Assembly: GCF_006345805.1 (NCBI RefSeq)
Contig: NC_042998.1
Span: 200,632,001 to 200,696,000, forward strand
Direction: 5' to 3'
Origin: Octopus sinensis
Lineage: Eukaryota
Length of the DNA: 64,000 nt
Position 1 is the first letter of the stretch, and each line of letters begins with the position of its first letter. The notes beneath the pieces were generated by a model. The model saw nothing but the letters and a program-made list of their open reading frames with translations. It was not told the origin of the DNA and ran no database searches. A program made the position numbers and the translations under genes. Shown here one piece after another: positions 37,846 to 52,607 of the stretch.

Positions 37846-39432
37846 ATTATTATTTGAAGTTATTGTTGTTTGTTTCTTACACCTAACTGCAATTCCATTA
37901 CTTGGCTTCCTTCGACTTTTCAGCTTCGGCCCTTACTGGGAAATTCCGAAATATACTTTCGGAGCTAGTCCCATAGTGAATGGTGGACCGGTATTAGGGT
38001 GCTATCGCATGTTCCGAGCTGGGCAGTTTGGTTACTCCATGACAGTTACCTTTATTTCAGATATTTAACAGTATTTAGAAGGAAAATGCCTTTTCCTTTA
38101 TATTTTGGGGGTTTCTGTACGACTTCTTTTTTCCCCATAAAATCCCATATGCTCAGCAAATGAAATATGCACTAGGAATCGGAAACCAAGAGAAAATGTT
38201 CATGTTTATTACCTCCCCACATTGGATATTAAGCTGGAAAGCATCCCATAACATACGGAGTTTGTAGGTTTTCATCTGTAGAACAATAGCAATGAAAACT
38301 AAAGAGTTTCTATCCACCCATTAAATAAGATTTATCGAGCCACATAGCTTAATACTATTTGTCAATCGCTGTGTTGCCAGATATACGTTAATCAAATACA
38401 CGATCATTAATTCTCGAGGCATGGTTTGTTTAAGCAGTGATTGTTTTCGTGCAGCCCTCCAAAGTAGGTTAAAATATAAGCGGGTGAATTCAGTCCAGGA
38501 CAACTCAGCTATGTAGTAGTTTGACAGTTTTAAATATTAGGACACTGATATTTTTTTGTTTCCCGAAAAAGAATATTTAAGAATATTGTAAAATATTCAA
38601 CTCCAAAGCGATTGACTGAAATAGAATCAATGACCAGCCACCGCTTTAGTGGAGATATACAGATAATTTACTTTAAAGATGTATATATGCATAGATAAAT
38701 AAATATATAGTACAAGAAACTCTACAAATACTGAGTGGACCTTGGGGATGTTGGTCCTATTCATTACAAATTCGACACAGACTAACGAGCTAAAAACAAC
38801 TAAATAATGTAGACTTACAAGCCTCCGGAAAGGTACTGTTTATCTAAAATACAATGGTTTAATTAGTGCACCTAATATGTATATGGTTAGGAGGTGAAGC
38901 ATTGTTAAATGAAAAAAAAAAACTAATATAGAATGTTTCTTGCGTAGGCACGAGACGAAACTCGGAGGGAAAGTGTTAAGCTAGTAAATGTATGGTAGTT
39001 ACTAAAGTTTATTTTATTTTAGCGAACCAGGGGTAGGGAGGAGGATTCTAAACAATTTCATTTGGCGTGATTTGAATTCAGATCTTAAACTGGATGATCG
39101 AAATACCGCAAGGCATTTGTCTGAAAAAAAAGTTAAAGATCTTGCCATTCAGTATCAATGTTAATATATTTCATATGTTGGCACAAGCAAGCACAGACTT
39201 TCCGAAACTCACACACACAGGCACGCGCAAAGAAAGAAAGAGAGAGAGAGGGGGGGAGATAGAAAGAGAGAGAGAGAGAAACACATACATGTATAGACTG
39301 ATAGAGAATGAGAGAGCAAACTGCAATTTTGTGCTAAGTTTTCTTTCTTTTTTTTTTGAAAGTTAGGGAAGTCAACAATTTAAATAGACCCTAACCTTAA
39401 ATAATTTGCTTATTGCCTCTCTACACTATATA

Positions 39433-40027
39433 CAGCGTGCGATGGGTAAATTTTCGCCAATTTATATTTTTAATTTCGTGCAAGTGCATTGATCCAGTAA
39501 GCATCATCTTTCCAAACGGCCTCAGACTCAACAGAGAGGCCTACATTAAGTGCCTGGAGGAGGTAGTGTTGCCCTGGGTAAAGAGGGTGGCGGCTGACAA
39601 CAGGACTCTGCCCCATACCGCACGAGCAGGAGGACCCAGTAATGGCTGCCATACAATTTCTGCGACCACATCACCCCTACCACCTGGCCACCTACCTCCA
39701 CAGGTTGCAACCCCGATCATTATTATGTGTGGGACTCAGATGAACGAAAGACCAACAAAACTTCTTGTAATACCAAACATAATCTGAAGGCAAAGATTAT
39801 GATGGCATTCACCAACTTATACACGGAGACCGTCCAGAAGATTTGCAGGAGTTGCCGAAGTTGTCTGGAGGCCGGGGTTGAAACCAATGGCGATTTTATG
39901 GAATAAATTGACTCCTTAGTATCAAGATATATTTTTGTAATTTTGGTATATATATCTGTTAAAATGAGACATCAGTTTTATTTTTATTGTTGCGTAATTT
40001 AGACGACATATTACACACCGCACCCTG
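39433..40027 (+). mobile_element. Internally deleted Tc1/mariner element, DD37D (maT)-like (595 bp)
   Basis: Degenerate ~30-bp TIRs CAG(C/G)GTGCG.., TA TSD at 39431-39432 and 40028-40029; FPNGLRLNREAYIKCLEEVVLPW; WPPTSTGCNPDHYYVW; VETNGDFME*. The DD37D label rests on motif resemblance. Confidence 0.85.
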
Positions 40028-40188
40028 TATTTGGAATTTGAGAGTATACTTGTCTGAAGCATAACTGGGCTGAAGTTCCGAGAGCCAAGAGCCGAGTCAA
40101 AATATTTGTGGGGTTATGGAGGATCATGGGAAATATACATACATATATCATATATACATACATACATATATACTACATACATACGTAA

Positions 40189-40219
<31 letters not shown>

Positions 40220-40222
<3 letters not shown>

Positions 40223-40452
40223 TTCTTTACTACCCACAAGGGGCTAAACACAGAGGGGACAAACAAGGACAGACAAACGGATTAAGTCGATTACATCGAC
40301 CCCAATGCGTAACTGGTACTTTATTTATCGACCCCGAAAGAATGAAAGGCAAAGTCGCCCTCGGCGGAATTTAAACTCAGTACGTAACGGCAGACGAAAT
40401 ACGGCTACGCTTTTCACCCGGCGTGCTAACGTTTCTGCCAGCTCGCCGCCTT
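40220..40452 (-). mobile_element. SINE family A, full length
   Basis: Complete head, core and tail. Confidence 0.95.
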
Positions 40453-40453
40453 A

Positions 40454-40487
<34 letters not shown>

Positions 40488-40751
40488 ATCCCCTAAAACA
40501 CAACATTTTTATATTCTACTAAGATGAAGACACACATGGTTTCAGGCAAAATTCTCTGACATAAGCCGAAGATTTTCTCCCGTCTAGAAGAATAACCAAT
40601 ATGTAGACTAACAAAAAATACTAAGATAGATTGCACAAAATACATTAATTTCCAAGTGTTCCAATTCAACATAATGTGTAGTAACAAATTAATTCGACAC
40701 CTTCAAATTTGACAATCTATAACATATAGAATGTTCTATTTTCTGAAATGT

Positions 40752-41000
40752 GGAGGCGCGTGGCTTAGTGGTTAGGGTGTCAGTATCATGATCGTAAGAT
40801 TATGGTTTCGATTCCTGGACCGGGCGACGCGTTGTGTTCTTGAGCAAAACACTTCATTTTACGTTGCTCCAATCTACTCAGTAAGCAAAAATGAGTAACG
40901 CTGTGCTGGACTTGCGTCCCGTTCACCTGGGGATCACATACGCCATTGAAACTGGGAAACTGGGCCCATGAACCTAGCTAGGTTTTAAAAGGGCGCATTT
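40752..41000 (+). mobile_element. tRNA-derived SINE family C
   Basis: A-box TGGCTTAGTGG, B-box GTTTCGATTCC, CORE/V-like TGTGTTCTTGAGCAAAACACTT, (TAT)n tail; a degenerate sister copy lies at about 41998-42220. Confidence 0.8.
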
Positions 41001-41918
41001 AATATATTATTATTATTTTCTGAAATGTTTATATACACAAAAGAAAAACATGCGCATATCTTTCTTAAAATGTGTATTTATGTTTTGTGTGGGCAATGTC
41101 AGTAGATAATACTTGGTAAATGTAGAATTCACAGATTTTATAACTTAATACTGATTTCCGATTTTGTCTCAAAGCTAGCAATTTCAGATTACATTGAAGT
41201 CAATTACATCAACCCCAGTGTTCAAACAGTACTCATTTCATCGCCTGTGAAATGTAGAAGAAATGCCATTTAGCATTTTATGTGTTGCGGTAACGGCTCT
41301 GCCAAGTAACAGCCGTATAACTTAATAATATAATATAGTAAAACTACATGGATGTATGAAACTTAAATTCGAGAGAGGCCTTATAATACATGGAATGTAA
41401 GATGAGCAAAAATATGAGTGAAAGAATGCGAGAGAAAATAAGACATTGCCAATTTTGTGGAAAAGAGCAACAATAATAATATTATTATGAGAAAAGCATG
41501 GACATGAACAGAGGAAAAACATGATTGGCTGTGATGGAGTGTGCGTCACACTTGGAATTTTTCACTTGAATCGTGACGAAGAAGAACAAGAGCAAAAAGA
41601 TGAAAAACTTCGAAGTAAAGCTAATTACCAATTGACAAAATGATGTTTGTAAAAGAGCGTGGTAGATTTAAAGATTGAGTAAAAAGAAAAAAAAAAGGTG
41701 GAAGTTGAGAGAAAGAATTTGAATGGAAATAATTAAAAAAATAAATACCAGAAAGAATTGGTTTAGGAAAATAGATGTAACACATTTGGTGTGTACAAAA
41801 CTTGATAATAATTCACTTCTAACATATAGACAGAATCGGAGGCTATGCCGTAAATGTACGAGGAAATATTTCATATATGCTCATATGTGCATGCATGCTG
41901 GATCAAATGCAGAGAGAA

Positions 41919-41981
<63 letters not shown>

Positions 41982-42234
41982 ACAGTTAGAGATAGAGTGA
42001 GAGGTAAGTGACTGAGTTTTACGCTCACGATCACAAGATTGCCGTTTCGATCCCTAGACCGGATGTGTCTTTGTGTTCTCGAGGAAAGGTCTTCATTTCC
42101 AGTTGCTCCAGTCTATTCAGCTGCCCAAAATGAGGAAGCCTGATGCGTCCTATTCAGCTGCGGGAATATATATGCCACAAACCAGTAAACCGGCAGCATT
42201 ATGATCTTCATGATTCAGATAGGAAATTTGATCC

Positions 42235-42273
<39 letters not shown>

Positions 42274-42429
42274 CAGAGAAAATAAATATGTAGAGCAGAC
42301 AATGTAGGTGCATGCATGTTTTTGAGGACCATTGTGCTTTAGCCATGGTGCGGCGTCTTTCCTAACAACACACGGTCAGAGATAAATATCTAAGCCAAAC
42401 TCATAAAACCAAAAGAAAATTAGCCGTGT

Positions 42430-42945
42430 TACTACTACTACTACTACTACTACTACCACTACTACTACTACCACTACTACTACAACTACTACAACTACTA
42501 CTACTACTACTCCTACTCCTACTACCATTACTACTACTACTACTACTACTACTGCTAATAATAATAATAATAATAATAATAATGATAATAATAATAATGA
42601 TAATAATGATAATACTAATGATGATGAAGACGACGACGACGACGGCGATGAAGATGATGACAATAACTACAGCAAGTACAAAAACATCAAAAACTCTATG
42701 TCATTATTATTAATAGAACTGAGTAAAAATGTAATAAAGATCAAGAAATCTGAACTTCTCAGAAGAGTGACAAGTGTGGATCGATCGTTCTGTGGGAAGT
42801 TAGCAGGAATGATTTTATTGATCCCAGGTGTGCAGACGGCAATTCTGTACATTTAGATTGGAGCTGACTACTACCACTAACACTAACACTAACACTGCCA
42901 GAGCTGCTGCTGCTGTTGCTGTTGTTACTACTACTACTACTGCTG

Positions 42946-42976
<31 letters not shown>

Positions 42977-43039
42977 AACCACCACCACCACCACTACTAC
43001 TACTACTACTACAACTACTACTACTACTATTACTACTAT

Positions 43040-43072
<33 letters not shown>

Positions 43073-43253
43073 AACCACCACCCCACCACCACCACCACCA
43101 CCACCACCACCACCACTACTACTACTACTACTACACCACTACTACTACTACCACTACTACTACTACTACTACTACACCACCACCACCACCACCACCACCA
43201 CTACTACTACCACTACCACCACTACTACTACTACTACAACCACCACCACCACC

Positions 43254-43294
<41 letters not shown>

Positions 43295-43327
43295 ACCACT
43301 ACTACTACTACTACTACTACAACCACC

Positions 43328-43370
<43 letters not shown>

Positions 43371-43372
43371 AA
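42430..43372. repeat. Two long (ACT)n/(ACC)n/(AAT)n trinucleotide arrays (42430-42665 and 42870-43372)
   Basis: Direct reading; source of the poly-T/L/P/V ORFs. Confidence 0.96.
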
Positions 43373-44514
43373 ATAGCACCTACAGCAATAAAATCAATAA
43401 TACAGTTATAAAACCCTTATATATTATTTTAGTCTAACACTGTTATTGACTGGATATAAAATACATGCCGGACTGATTATATGTAAATGAGGCATCAAGG
43501 CTCCCACTGTAAGCTTCGGAGGAAAGCAATGCATTTAAAAAAAAAAAAAATGACAAAATACAACATCACGAGAGGAATTATGTTTTGTATCACGTGATGA
43601 AGCCACCAGTGACACAAAATCAAATCTCATTTTCAGCAAATATATACAACATACATATATGGATTACTGATATGACCTGATTGATTAAGTTACAAAAATT
43701 TCTGGCGAGATAGAATGTATCAACAGCTTGTTCTCATAATGCATTAAAGAAGGGATGGCTGAAACTGGAAAATGCCCCTGAGTAATTTGTAATTTTAGAA
43801 CGTCGATACCTGAAAATGATTGACCGAAGATGTATGACAAAAAAACGAAAATCCTACTGTTTAAAACACTAGATACATAAACGCCATTTTAGAATTATTA
43901 AATCATTAGGTAAATATATTCAATAAGAATATTATATACTGAATTTATATTGAGTGCTCCATTGTATAAAAATATTAATACTATTAAAGTATATGTATAT
44001 ATCCATTAATATGGATATTAATTTCCTTATACTACTACTATTAATAATATAGAATTATTAAATCAGGAAGAATCTTTTTTAGAAATAAATGACTGACAGT
44101 GAAGTGGGGCCTCACTGTATCCACTAGGAATTATAACGAGGGTAATTTCACTGCATCTGCTATTGTTGGAGTCAGTGTTGATAAGCTCCATAAAACTGAT
44201 TTTTATTTCTAAAATTAGGAAATATATCAAAAAAGTTTCGAATTACCAAACGATGATCATTTTAGGTCGTGAGCATAAGCGGCTTGAAATACAGCCATAA
44301 CATCAGAAGATTTCAGTAAAAATACTGTATTGTACAAAGTGTAGACAAACAATTACGTTATGGGGGAAGATGAGATTTTAGTAAAATTTTCTGCTATGAG
44401 AAGATAAGCACTAAAGAAAAAGTGAAAAAGGAAAGATTACAGTTAGAAAATATGAAGATATTTAAGAAAACTTACGTTGCTATATATTATTAAGTATATT
44501 AAAATATTGGTTTC

Positions 44515-44700
44515 AAATTTTGGGACAAGGACAGCAATTGTAGGAGAGAGTTAAGTTGATGACATTGATCCCAGTGCTTAACTGGTACTTATTTTATCGA
44601 TTCCGAAAGGCTGAAGAAAAGTCGACCTCGGTAGAATGTAAAGAGGAAATGCCTTGTTCCCAGCATTCAAACGGTTCTTTTAGCTAACCGCCTTGCAAAG
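44515..44700 (-). mobile_element. Degenerate SINE family A (alternative tail)
   Basis: Minus strand CCGAGGTCGACTTTTCTTCAGCCTTTCGGAATCGATAAAATAAGTACCAG. Confidence 0.65.
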
Positions 44701-46443
44701 TATATCATGATATTAAAAATCTATCACTGAAGCAACTAAGAACCTCAAAATACTCCAGAAGTGATAGCTATAGAAAGTAGTTTTGAAATAATCTTAATGT
44801 CTACGATCGTCTAATTAAAATTCTGTTAAAGAAATATATAATAAATTTAATTAATATGAATAAAAGCGCACACATGAAGGAATGGAAAACAAATCAAGTA
44901 AATGAGGGTAATCATGCTTATGATCCCTGTATCAAAGCGAATGCACGAGCGGAAAACGTTGCGCAGTCACTTAAAGGAAAGAAGAATATTGATAATATGA
45001 TCCTACAATCTAGTCATAGATGGGAAAGATACGGTTGAGACGCTTTTCATCAAAGAAGAACAAAAATGATTAAGGTGCCTTACACCTTTTCCTGCTTCGG
45101 AGATAATGTGCACATTTAAAAAGATACCAGGGAGTGTAAAACATGGCGAAGAAATTTCTTGGTGTGGAAACTAATTCTTAATAAAGATAATTATACAGAA
45201 AATACGACGAAGGAAAGATTATTTTCTGTTCAACGGTATTAATTATTTTCTATCATTTACGTATTGTGGCGAATTAGATTATAATTTATTATTCTTATCT
45301 TTTCTTAGCCAAAATGAATTAGAAATTTCGCGTCACAGGAAATGGTGATGTGAAAACTGTAAAACATCATAGTGTTTTCTATGCAGACAACTTTTGTTGT
45401 AAGTTTGACTAAAGTTTCTTTTCCACAAAAGAAATCATAAAAAAGAACTAATGATATCCGTTTGTAAACACACATCATATTAAGAAAGTTCTTAAAAAAC
45501 AGAGCGAACAAAAATTGTATTATTCTGGTATGTTTTCCTTCATAAGTAAATAAATCTTTAATATCTCATTTATGTAATTTCCTTATGCGAACATTATCTT
45601 GGGTACAGCTGGTGTGACAAACAATTAAATCTTCACATAGCATATAAGTCTCTATTTGTTAATATTTCCCCTTTGGCATTTTACACATTGCATACAGAAC
45701 CACCTTTTGTTTAAGTACACGACACCAGTTTAGATTTCCATATGAATTTTATGCTAGAGACGATTCTAATAAACACAACCATTCTTCTAGAGCCGACCTA
45801 TATGTAATCAAATTTTCTATAGAAATAAAGAATGAAAGAAAGGCTGAGAATTTGTGTAAACATCCTTATATATTTTATTATATCCATTAAAAATGGAAAA
45901 AAGAAAATTCTGTTTTGCACATGGATGTTAATTCTTTAGAGATGATATTGATCAATAACTTAGGTAAAATATTTCAACATAGAGAATATTGATGTTATGC
46001 ATCAACGTATAGATATAGGTTATGCTAACTAACAGTATAATTAAGAATATGTCAAGTAGTTATGTGAAATGATATAAACGTTGCTAATCGGTTTTTAACA
46101 ACTACATGCCGCAAATAATAATCTTGATACAATTCATAAAATGAAACAGAATATCATTCGAAGGGTCAGAATTCTTATGCCTTAAATAGGAAAATGAAAA
46201 TTACGAATGGGTCAACTGTCCTGAAATAATAATTTTAAAACATTTGCCTTTAATGTTTCGAGAAAACTTGTAACGATTGAAAGTGTGTGAGAGGATCCAC
46301 ATCGAAACCATTTCCTCGTAAAACTTTTTGCGGACAAATAAAAAATTCTTCAGATATTTCGAGCTCCGATGAACACAGAGAAAAATCATAAATCAGTAGT
46401 AATCAAGAAATTTTACAATCATCTATACTTCATACATACCTAT

Positions 46444-46672
46444 ATCTTTACTACCCACAAGGGACTAAACACAGAGGGGACAAACAAAGACAGACAAATG
46501 GATTAAGTCGATTATATCGACCCCAGTGCGTAACTGGTACTTAATTTACCGATCCCGAAAGGATGTAAGGCAAAGTCGACCTCGGCGGAATTTGAACTCC
46601 CACGTAGCGGCAGACGAATTACCGCTAAGCATTTCGCCCAGCGTGCTAACGATTCTTCCAGCTCTCCGCCTT
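46444..46672 (-). mobile_element. SINE family A, full length
   Basis: Complete head, core and tail. Confidence 0.95.
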
Positions 46673-47606
46673 CATACATACCGATGCGTTCATTTAAGAT
46701 ATATGCCAATATCGGTCTCTATAAAAGTCCTGATGATCTACAATTAGGCAAACATTAGAATGTATAACTTAAAACTGCTACCCGCAATATCCTAATTAAT
46801 GAACCGAATATTGAATTAAACAATCGCAATGTAATATGTTTACAAAGGATACAAAATATTGTCCCTGCCAGAGTGAAATTAATTAAAAGTATAAAATATG
46901 CATAATTCATATGCTTAAATATTAAAATTAATTATTATGATACTGAGAACAGAAAATTTAAATACGAAATAGGGTTTCTTGAATATCAACTAAGAGAAAA
47001 ATACCATTGTCATCTCTAGTTCTTTGTGTAGCCTTTATAAAGTTAATTCTCTGTGAAATGGAGGAATTAGTATAACATATTGACTTTTGTACACATTTAT
47101 TATATTTTGTGAATGTCTTCATTCGCTAAGTTAAACGGACGCAACATAAACAACCGCTTGAAATGTCAACGAACACACACTCATGCACACATACACACAC
47201 ACTCACACAAATACACATACACACATACACATACACACACATACACGAGCACACAGACACGCATGCGGAATTGTCAAAGTTCGTTGGTATATTCCGTGGG
47301 AATGAAACCTTTTCCTTGCGGACATTGAAGAAATTGGGCGGAGCTTAATAGAAGATGCTTTTGAAAAGAACTGAACCGCGCACGTAAACAAACACACGCG
47401 CACATACACAAACATAATGCACACACTCACACAATTGCACGCGCACACGCGCGAGCACACACGCATATATATATATATATATATATATACACAAAAATAT
47501 TTAGTTTTTAAATCATTTATAAATTTAACCATTAAACGTATTTTTTGATATGCTGGCCATTGATAAAATTTTTTTCCCGAAAGAATTTTATCCTACATTA
47601 GTTTTG

Positions 47607-47637
<31 letters not shown>

Positions 47638-47716
47638 GTGTGTGTGTGTATGTGTGTGCGCATGTATGTATATATATATATATATATATATATACATACA
47701 TACATACATACATACA

Positions 47717-47748
<32 letters not shown>

Positions 47749-48553
47749 CATACATACATACATGTATATCTATAGACATGAGTGTGTTGTTTGTCCCCTA
47801 CAACCGGATAACAACTGGTGTTGATTTGTTGATGTTCTCGTAATGCATGTTGCGGTAATGTAGAGAGACAGAATACATTCCGGGGACAATTTATTCGATT
47901 GCCCTTCAAGCCCGAGCCCGTGTTGTCTGCCGTCTAATGAGTGAAATAAAAGTGACATACATACATACATAGATACATACATACATACATACATACATAC
48001 ATACATACATACATACATACGTACATACACACTCATATGCGCACACGCAAACACACTCATGTATGTATATGTGTGTCACTTTGAATTGTTTGGCAGAATT
48101 TTGTCTTTGCTCACCAGGGAAGAATACGGTCACTCCACTAAAAGAAATGGTGTTAATTACTTGAAATTGTAAGTTGCGACTGCGAGTCATAATTGAAAGT
48201 ATTTGAGATATATTTCGCCCATTGATGGACAGAAATTTTACGAATGTTTTATTAAATATGTTTTGTCTCTGTTACCCCAAGTACAAGGGAAATTATTTCT
48301 CCCCATGATGTATATCAAGAATGTCTCGGTATTTCATTACGTAATATTTTACACTGAACCAAGAATAATTCATTTCTCATAACGTTCCAATGTTGAATGC
48401 CAGACTTTCTTCCGTATAGAAGCTGTTGACTGAGAGATGCAACTGCTATTCGGAGTAGAACACGTATTCCTTAAGTTTCAAGATTGTTTTGTCCATGAAG
48501 TAGCATGAAACAATTTTACTGCACTACCTTGGATATCTTTGTTGCTCATTTTG

Positions 48554-48627
<74 letters not shown>

Positions 48628-48639
48628 CATGTATACATA

Positions 48640-48851
48640 TGTATTTCAAAATGTGAACTCGTGTGTACCGTTGGCGATTTTTTCCCTCTGTCTTGCCTTC
48701 TCTGGATCTTTTCTTCTCCTATGATTCCGACGAAGAGCTCCGCTCGAAACGTTAAACCCTCCGTCTTCCCTTCTTTCTTGAGCGTCCAATAATACTATAT
48801 TTGTTCCACGGCCTCGCGTTGTTGTGTCTTTTTGTGTTTTCTTGTTTGGAT

Positions 48852-48857
<6 letters not shown>
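48640..48857 (+). mobile_element. Hammerhead-bearing module (family H3) between two (TA)n arrays
   Basis: 48723-48757: GAUU / CCGACGA-A / GAGC-UCC-GCUC / GAAAC-GUU ^ AAAC; (TA)n at 48557-48620 and 48858-48882. Confidence 0.7.
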
Positions 48858-48890
<33 letters not shown>

Positions 48891-49520
48891 ATACATCTAT
48901 ATATATATACATACATATATATATATACATAAATACATGGATACATATATATTTATACATATATACACATATACATCAATACATGTACATGTATATGCAT
49001 ATACATCTATACATGTACATATATACCAGCAATATAATGTAACATATTGAGGTTTATTTTTCTCATGTTGCAAGTTATTTGGTATCCCACCTAGGATTTG
49101 GGAAACAGGTTTGGGGATAAACTTCCCCATTGCTTTAAGATAACATGTCTGCCCACCTGAAGTTTATAAACCTTGTAAAGATATAGCGTCAACATTGCGG
49201 AAACTGCAGTGACTGAATGAAAGAGAAGAAAAGTTAGAAAGGAAGATCAGAAATGATTATAGGGAATTTATTTTGTATGAACTTTACACAAAACGCGTAA
49301 ATAAATATTGACTGCGGGTGTTTCTTGTATTGACTTGTATGCACTTTTACATACAATTTTATATGAAGCTAGAAATTTTAAAGATACTCAAATAAATGAC
49401 ATATTTATTTGAATACGTGTGAAATACTTTGAAATACGAGTGAAATACTACCGCGAATATGTTGAAGACGGAGTTTCTTTTTCTTTATAAGAGATTCAAA
49501 TGAAATATAAAAAAAGTCAA

Positions 49521-49691
49521 GGCGCAGGAGTGGCTGTGTGGTAAGTAGCTTGCTAACCAACCACATGGTTCCGGGTTCAGTCCCACTGCGTGGCACTTTG
49601 GGCAAGTGTCTTCTGCTATAGCCCCGGGCCGACCAATGCCTTGTGAGTGGATTTGGTAGACGGAAACTGAAAGAAGCCTGTCGTATATATG

Positions 49692-49761
<70 letters not shown>

Positions 49762-49972
49762 TTGTGTGTCTGTGTTTGTCTCCCTAGCATTGCTTGACAA
49801 CCGATGCTGGTGTTTTTACGTCCCCGTCACTTAGCGGTTCGGCAAAAGAGACCGATAGTATAAGTACTGGGCTTACAAAGAATAAGTCCCGGGGTCGATT
49901 TGCTCGACTAAAAGGTGGTGCTCCAGCATGGCCGCAGTCAAATGACTGAAACAAGTAAAAGAGTAAAGAGTA
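49521..49972 (+). mobile_element. SINE family B
   Basis: Full architecture with a longer internal (TA)n. Confidence 0.94.
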
Positions 49973-50821
49973 AAATAGTAATAAGTAAGATAAAATTTCG
50001 TAAACATTCTATTTAGAGATTATTTGCGACAGCTGATGACGGCAAATTTTCCAAGTACAATTATTCTTCCTAAGCACAGTTGTTGCCACTTAAAGCAATT
50101 AACCTAAACATAAATACTTATTAAGTATTCTGCTATACTAATGATCTACCATCATTGCAATGGTAGTATTATTAAACGAATACTCAAAGATCCGTCTTAT
50201 TTCAAAGTGTATCTATAAGCTAACAATGATATTTTCTTTATGATGATATATCACGAATGATGCAGAGTGTAGCAGTATTATATTGAATTGAAACATTATT
50301 ATTCATTATGCAGTTCATTTATATTCAGGAACAGCAGGTCCAGGTGGTTGCAATGCTAACTCAAGCAAGACAATTAAATATACGATTTTATTGAAGCCGC
50401 AATGATCTCGAGATGCATAACAAAAGGTGAATTCTACTTTATGTTTTGTCGTGATATAATATAAATTACATCTAATGAATTAGTCGTAAGTAAGGTTGTA
50501 AATATTCATTTCATGCTACCTGTCCGTCTGTTGTTGCTTTTAATTCAATGAAACTGGAAACACTATGTATAGATTATGTCTGAAAATATAATTCTCCTCC
50601 AAAATGACATGAGTTCTTCAGTGAGGTAGACACAAGAGAAAATGAAGTTTAACTGAGTTTTAATTGCTTAATGACAAAAGTTATAAACTGTTTTTCGCTG
50701 CATCTAATTGCTCATAATGACGTATTGTCTTGCTTTTTACTCAGCGACAATAATGAGAGCACATAGCTATCAATCTGCTCACGCTCTCATATATACACGA
50801 GCACATACAGGCGCGCACACA

Positions 50822-50915
<94 letters not shown>

Positions 50916-51619
50916 CACATATATATATATATGTATATATATATATATTATATATATATATATATGTATGTATGTATGTATGTATATGTACGTACATTCA
51001 TGCATACATACACACACATATACACACGCTTCATGCATATATATACATGTGTTTCTGTTACTGTACTCGTCTAAATGTTTTCCTCTCCTTTTCGTGTATC
51101 CTTTCAGCTTGTATACGTTCATACCCCAGGGGCTTTTGTATATCATTCGTTAATTGCACAGGTCCAGGTGTTGTTTGTGAATATTCAATTCATCTCACAC
51201 AGAAAAGTTTACAGTGGTAACGACAGTCTGTTGCTCTGCTAGGGCGAGTACCCTAACAGGTACCCTCAAAGCGCAAATATACTAGACTGCTGATACTTTT
51301 GGAGAAGTGGGCATAGAAATTTTCGGAGCAAATAAGCGAAGAATATGCTTTGTCGACGCAACAAATAATACAGATTCGAATGTAAACTCAAACAATAACA
51401 TAAGTTAGGATACACTGCACACTAAGGCAATCGCCTATTCTCCATCTGGTGAGCGATAAACATTATTTAGTGCTCTAGCAAAAACTTCAGACACTGCCAC
51501 GTGGGCACTGCCCGACGATTACGCTCAGATACAAGATGTGATAAAAGGATACTGTCCCGTATGCTCTCTTCAAATGAAATTAATAGTAGAACATAAAAAC
51601 CTATATTGTGTATATATAT

Positions 51620-51652
<33 letters not shown>

Positions 51653-51789
51653 GATATATATATATATGTATGTATGTGTGTATATATATATATGTTTGTG
51701 TGTGTGTGTGTGCGCGTGCGTGAGGGTGTATATATAGTTAGATAGATAGATAGATAGATATTTGGATTTATGCATGCAAGTCTTGTGTG

Positions 51790-51945
51790 TCTTGGCCACA
51801 GATGTTAGTGTATTTATATCCCTAACGGCCAGCTGTTCTCTAAAAGATACTAACAGAATAAGTACTAGGCTTACAAAGAATAAGTCCTGATTTCGATTTT
51901 TGCGAGTAATGGCTGTGCTCCAGCAAGGCCACAGTCAAATGACAA
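51790..51945 (+). mobile_element. SINE family B right half, degenerate
   Basis: GAATAAGTACTAGGCTTACAAAGAATAAGTCC..GCTCCAGCAAGGCCACAGTCAAATGAC. Confidence 0.7.
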
Positions 51946-52301
51946 AAGTTTCTCGCTTCGGAGACTCAGGTTTAGGTAGATTTTCATAACACACTCTGTG
52001 TCTCCAATGGAAGATACTATTAGAAGCTCGTAAATTTATATCGTTCACATTATATGATATTTCTCTCTCACACTGGTTAGAGTACCATTTCTTGATCTCA
52101 TCTCAGTGGAACTATATACATATATATATGTGTGTGTGTGTGTGTATGTGTTTGTGTCTGCCTGCATGTATGTAGGTAGGTAGATAGACAGGTAGGTATA
52201 TGTGTGCGTGAGTTTCTAAGTATACGTATGAAGGAAAACAGTCTATATGAGTTCCAGAGAAGCGTGACTCGTATGCACACACTTATATATATATATGTAT
52301 G

Positions 52302-52402
<101 letters not shown>

Positions 52403-52413
52403 CTTATATATAT

Positions 52414-52451
<38 letters not shown>

Positions 52452-52567
52452 GGCTTATATATATATATGTATATATATATATACATATATATATGTATGT
52501 ATGTATGTGTATATATATATGTAAATGTATACATACATATATATATAAATTAGAGAAAAACCACTAT

Positions 52568-52607
<40 letters not shown>

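Noticed and set aside
38213-38275. 63-nt minus-strand exon-like unit (CTACAG|MKTYKLRMLWDAFQLNIQCGE|GTAATA)
   Set aside because: Plausible splice sites but too short, no recognisable homology and no partner exons; expected by chance in 64 kb.
41400-41600. Possible mariner N-terminal traces (also about 21150-21560 and 57790-57870)
   Set aside because: Only a few residues resemble the motifs; no TIR or catalytic motif to anchor a call.
46733-46765. CTGATGA..CAAAC hammerhead-like string
   Set aside because: G12 absent, no stem I, no family support.
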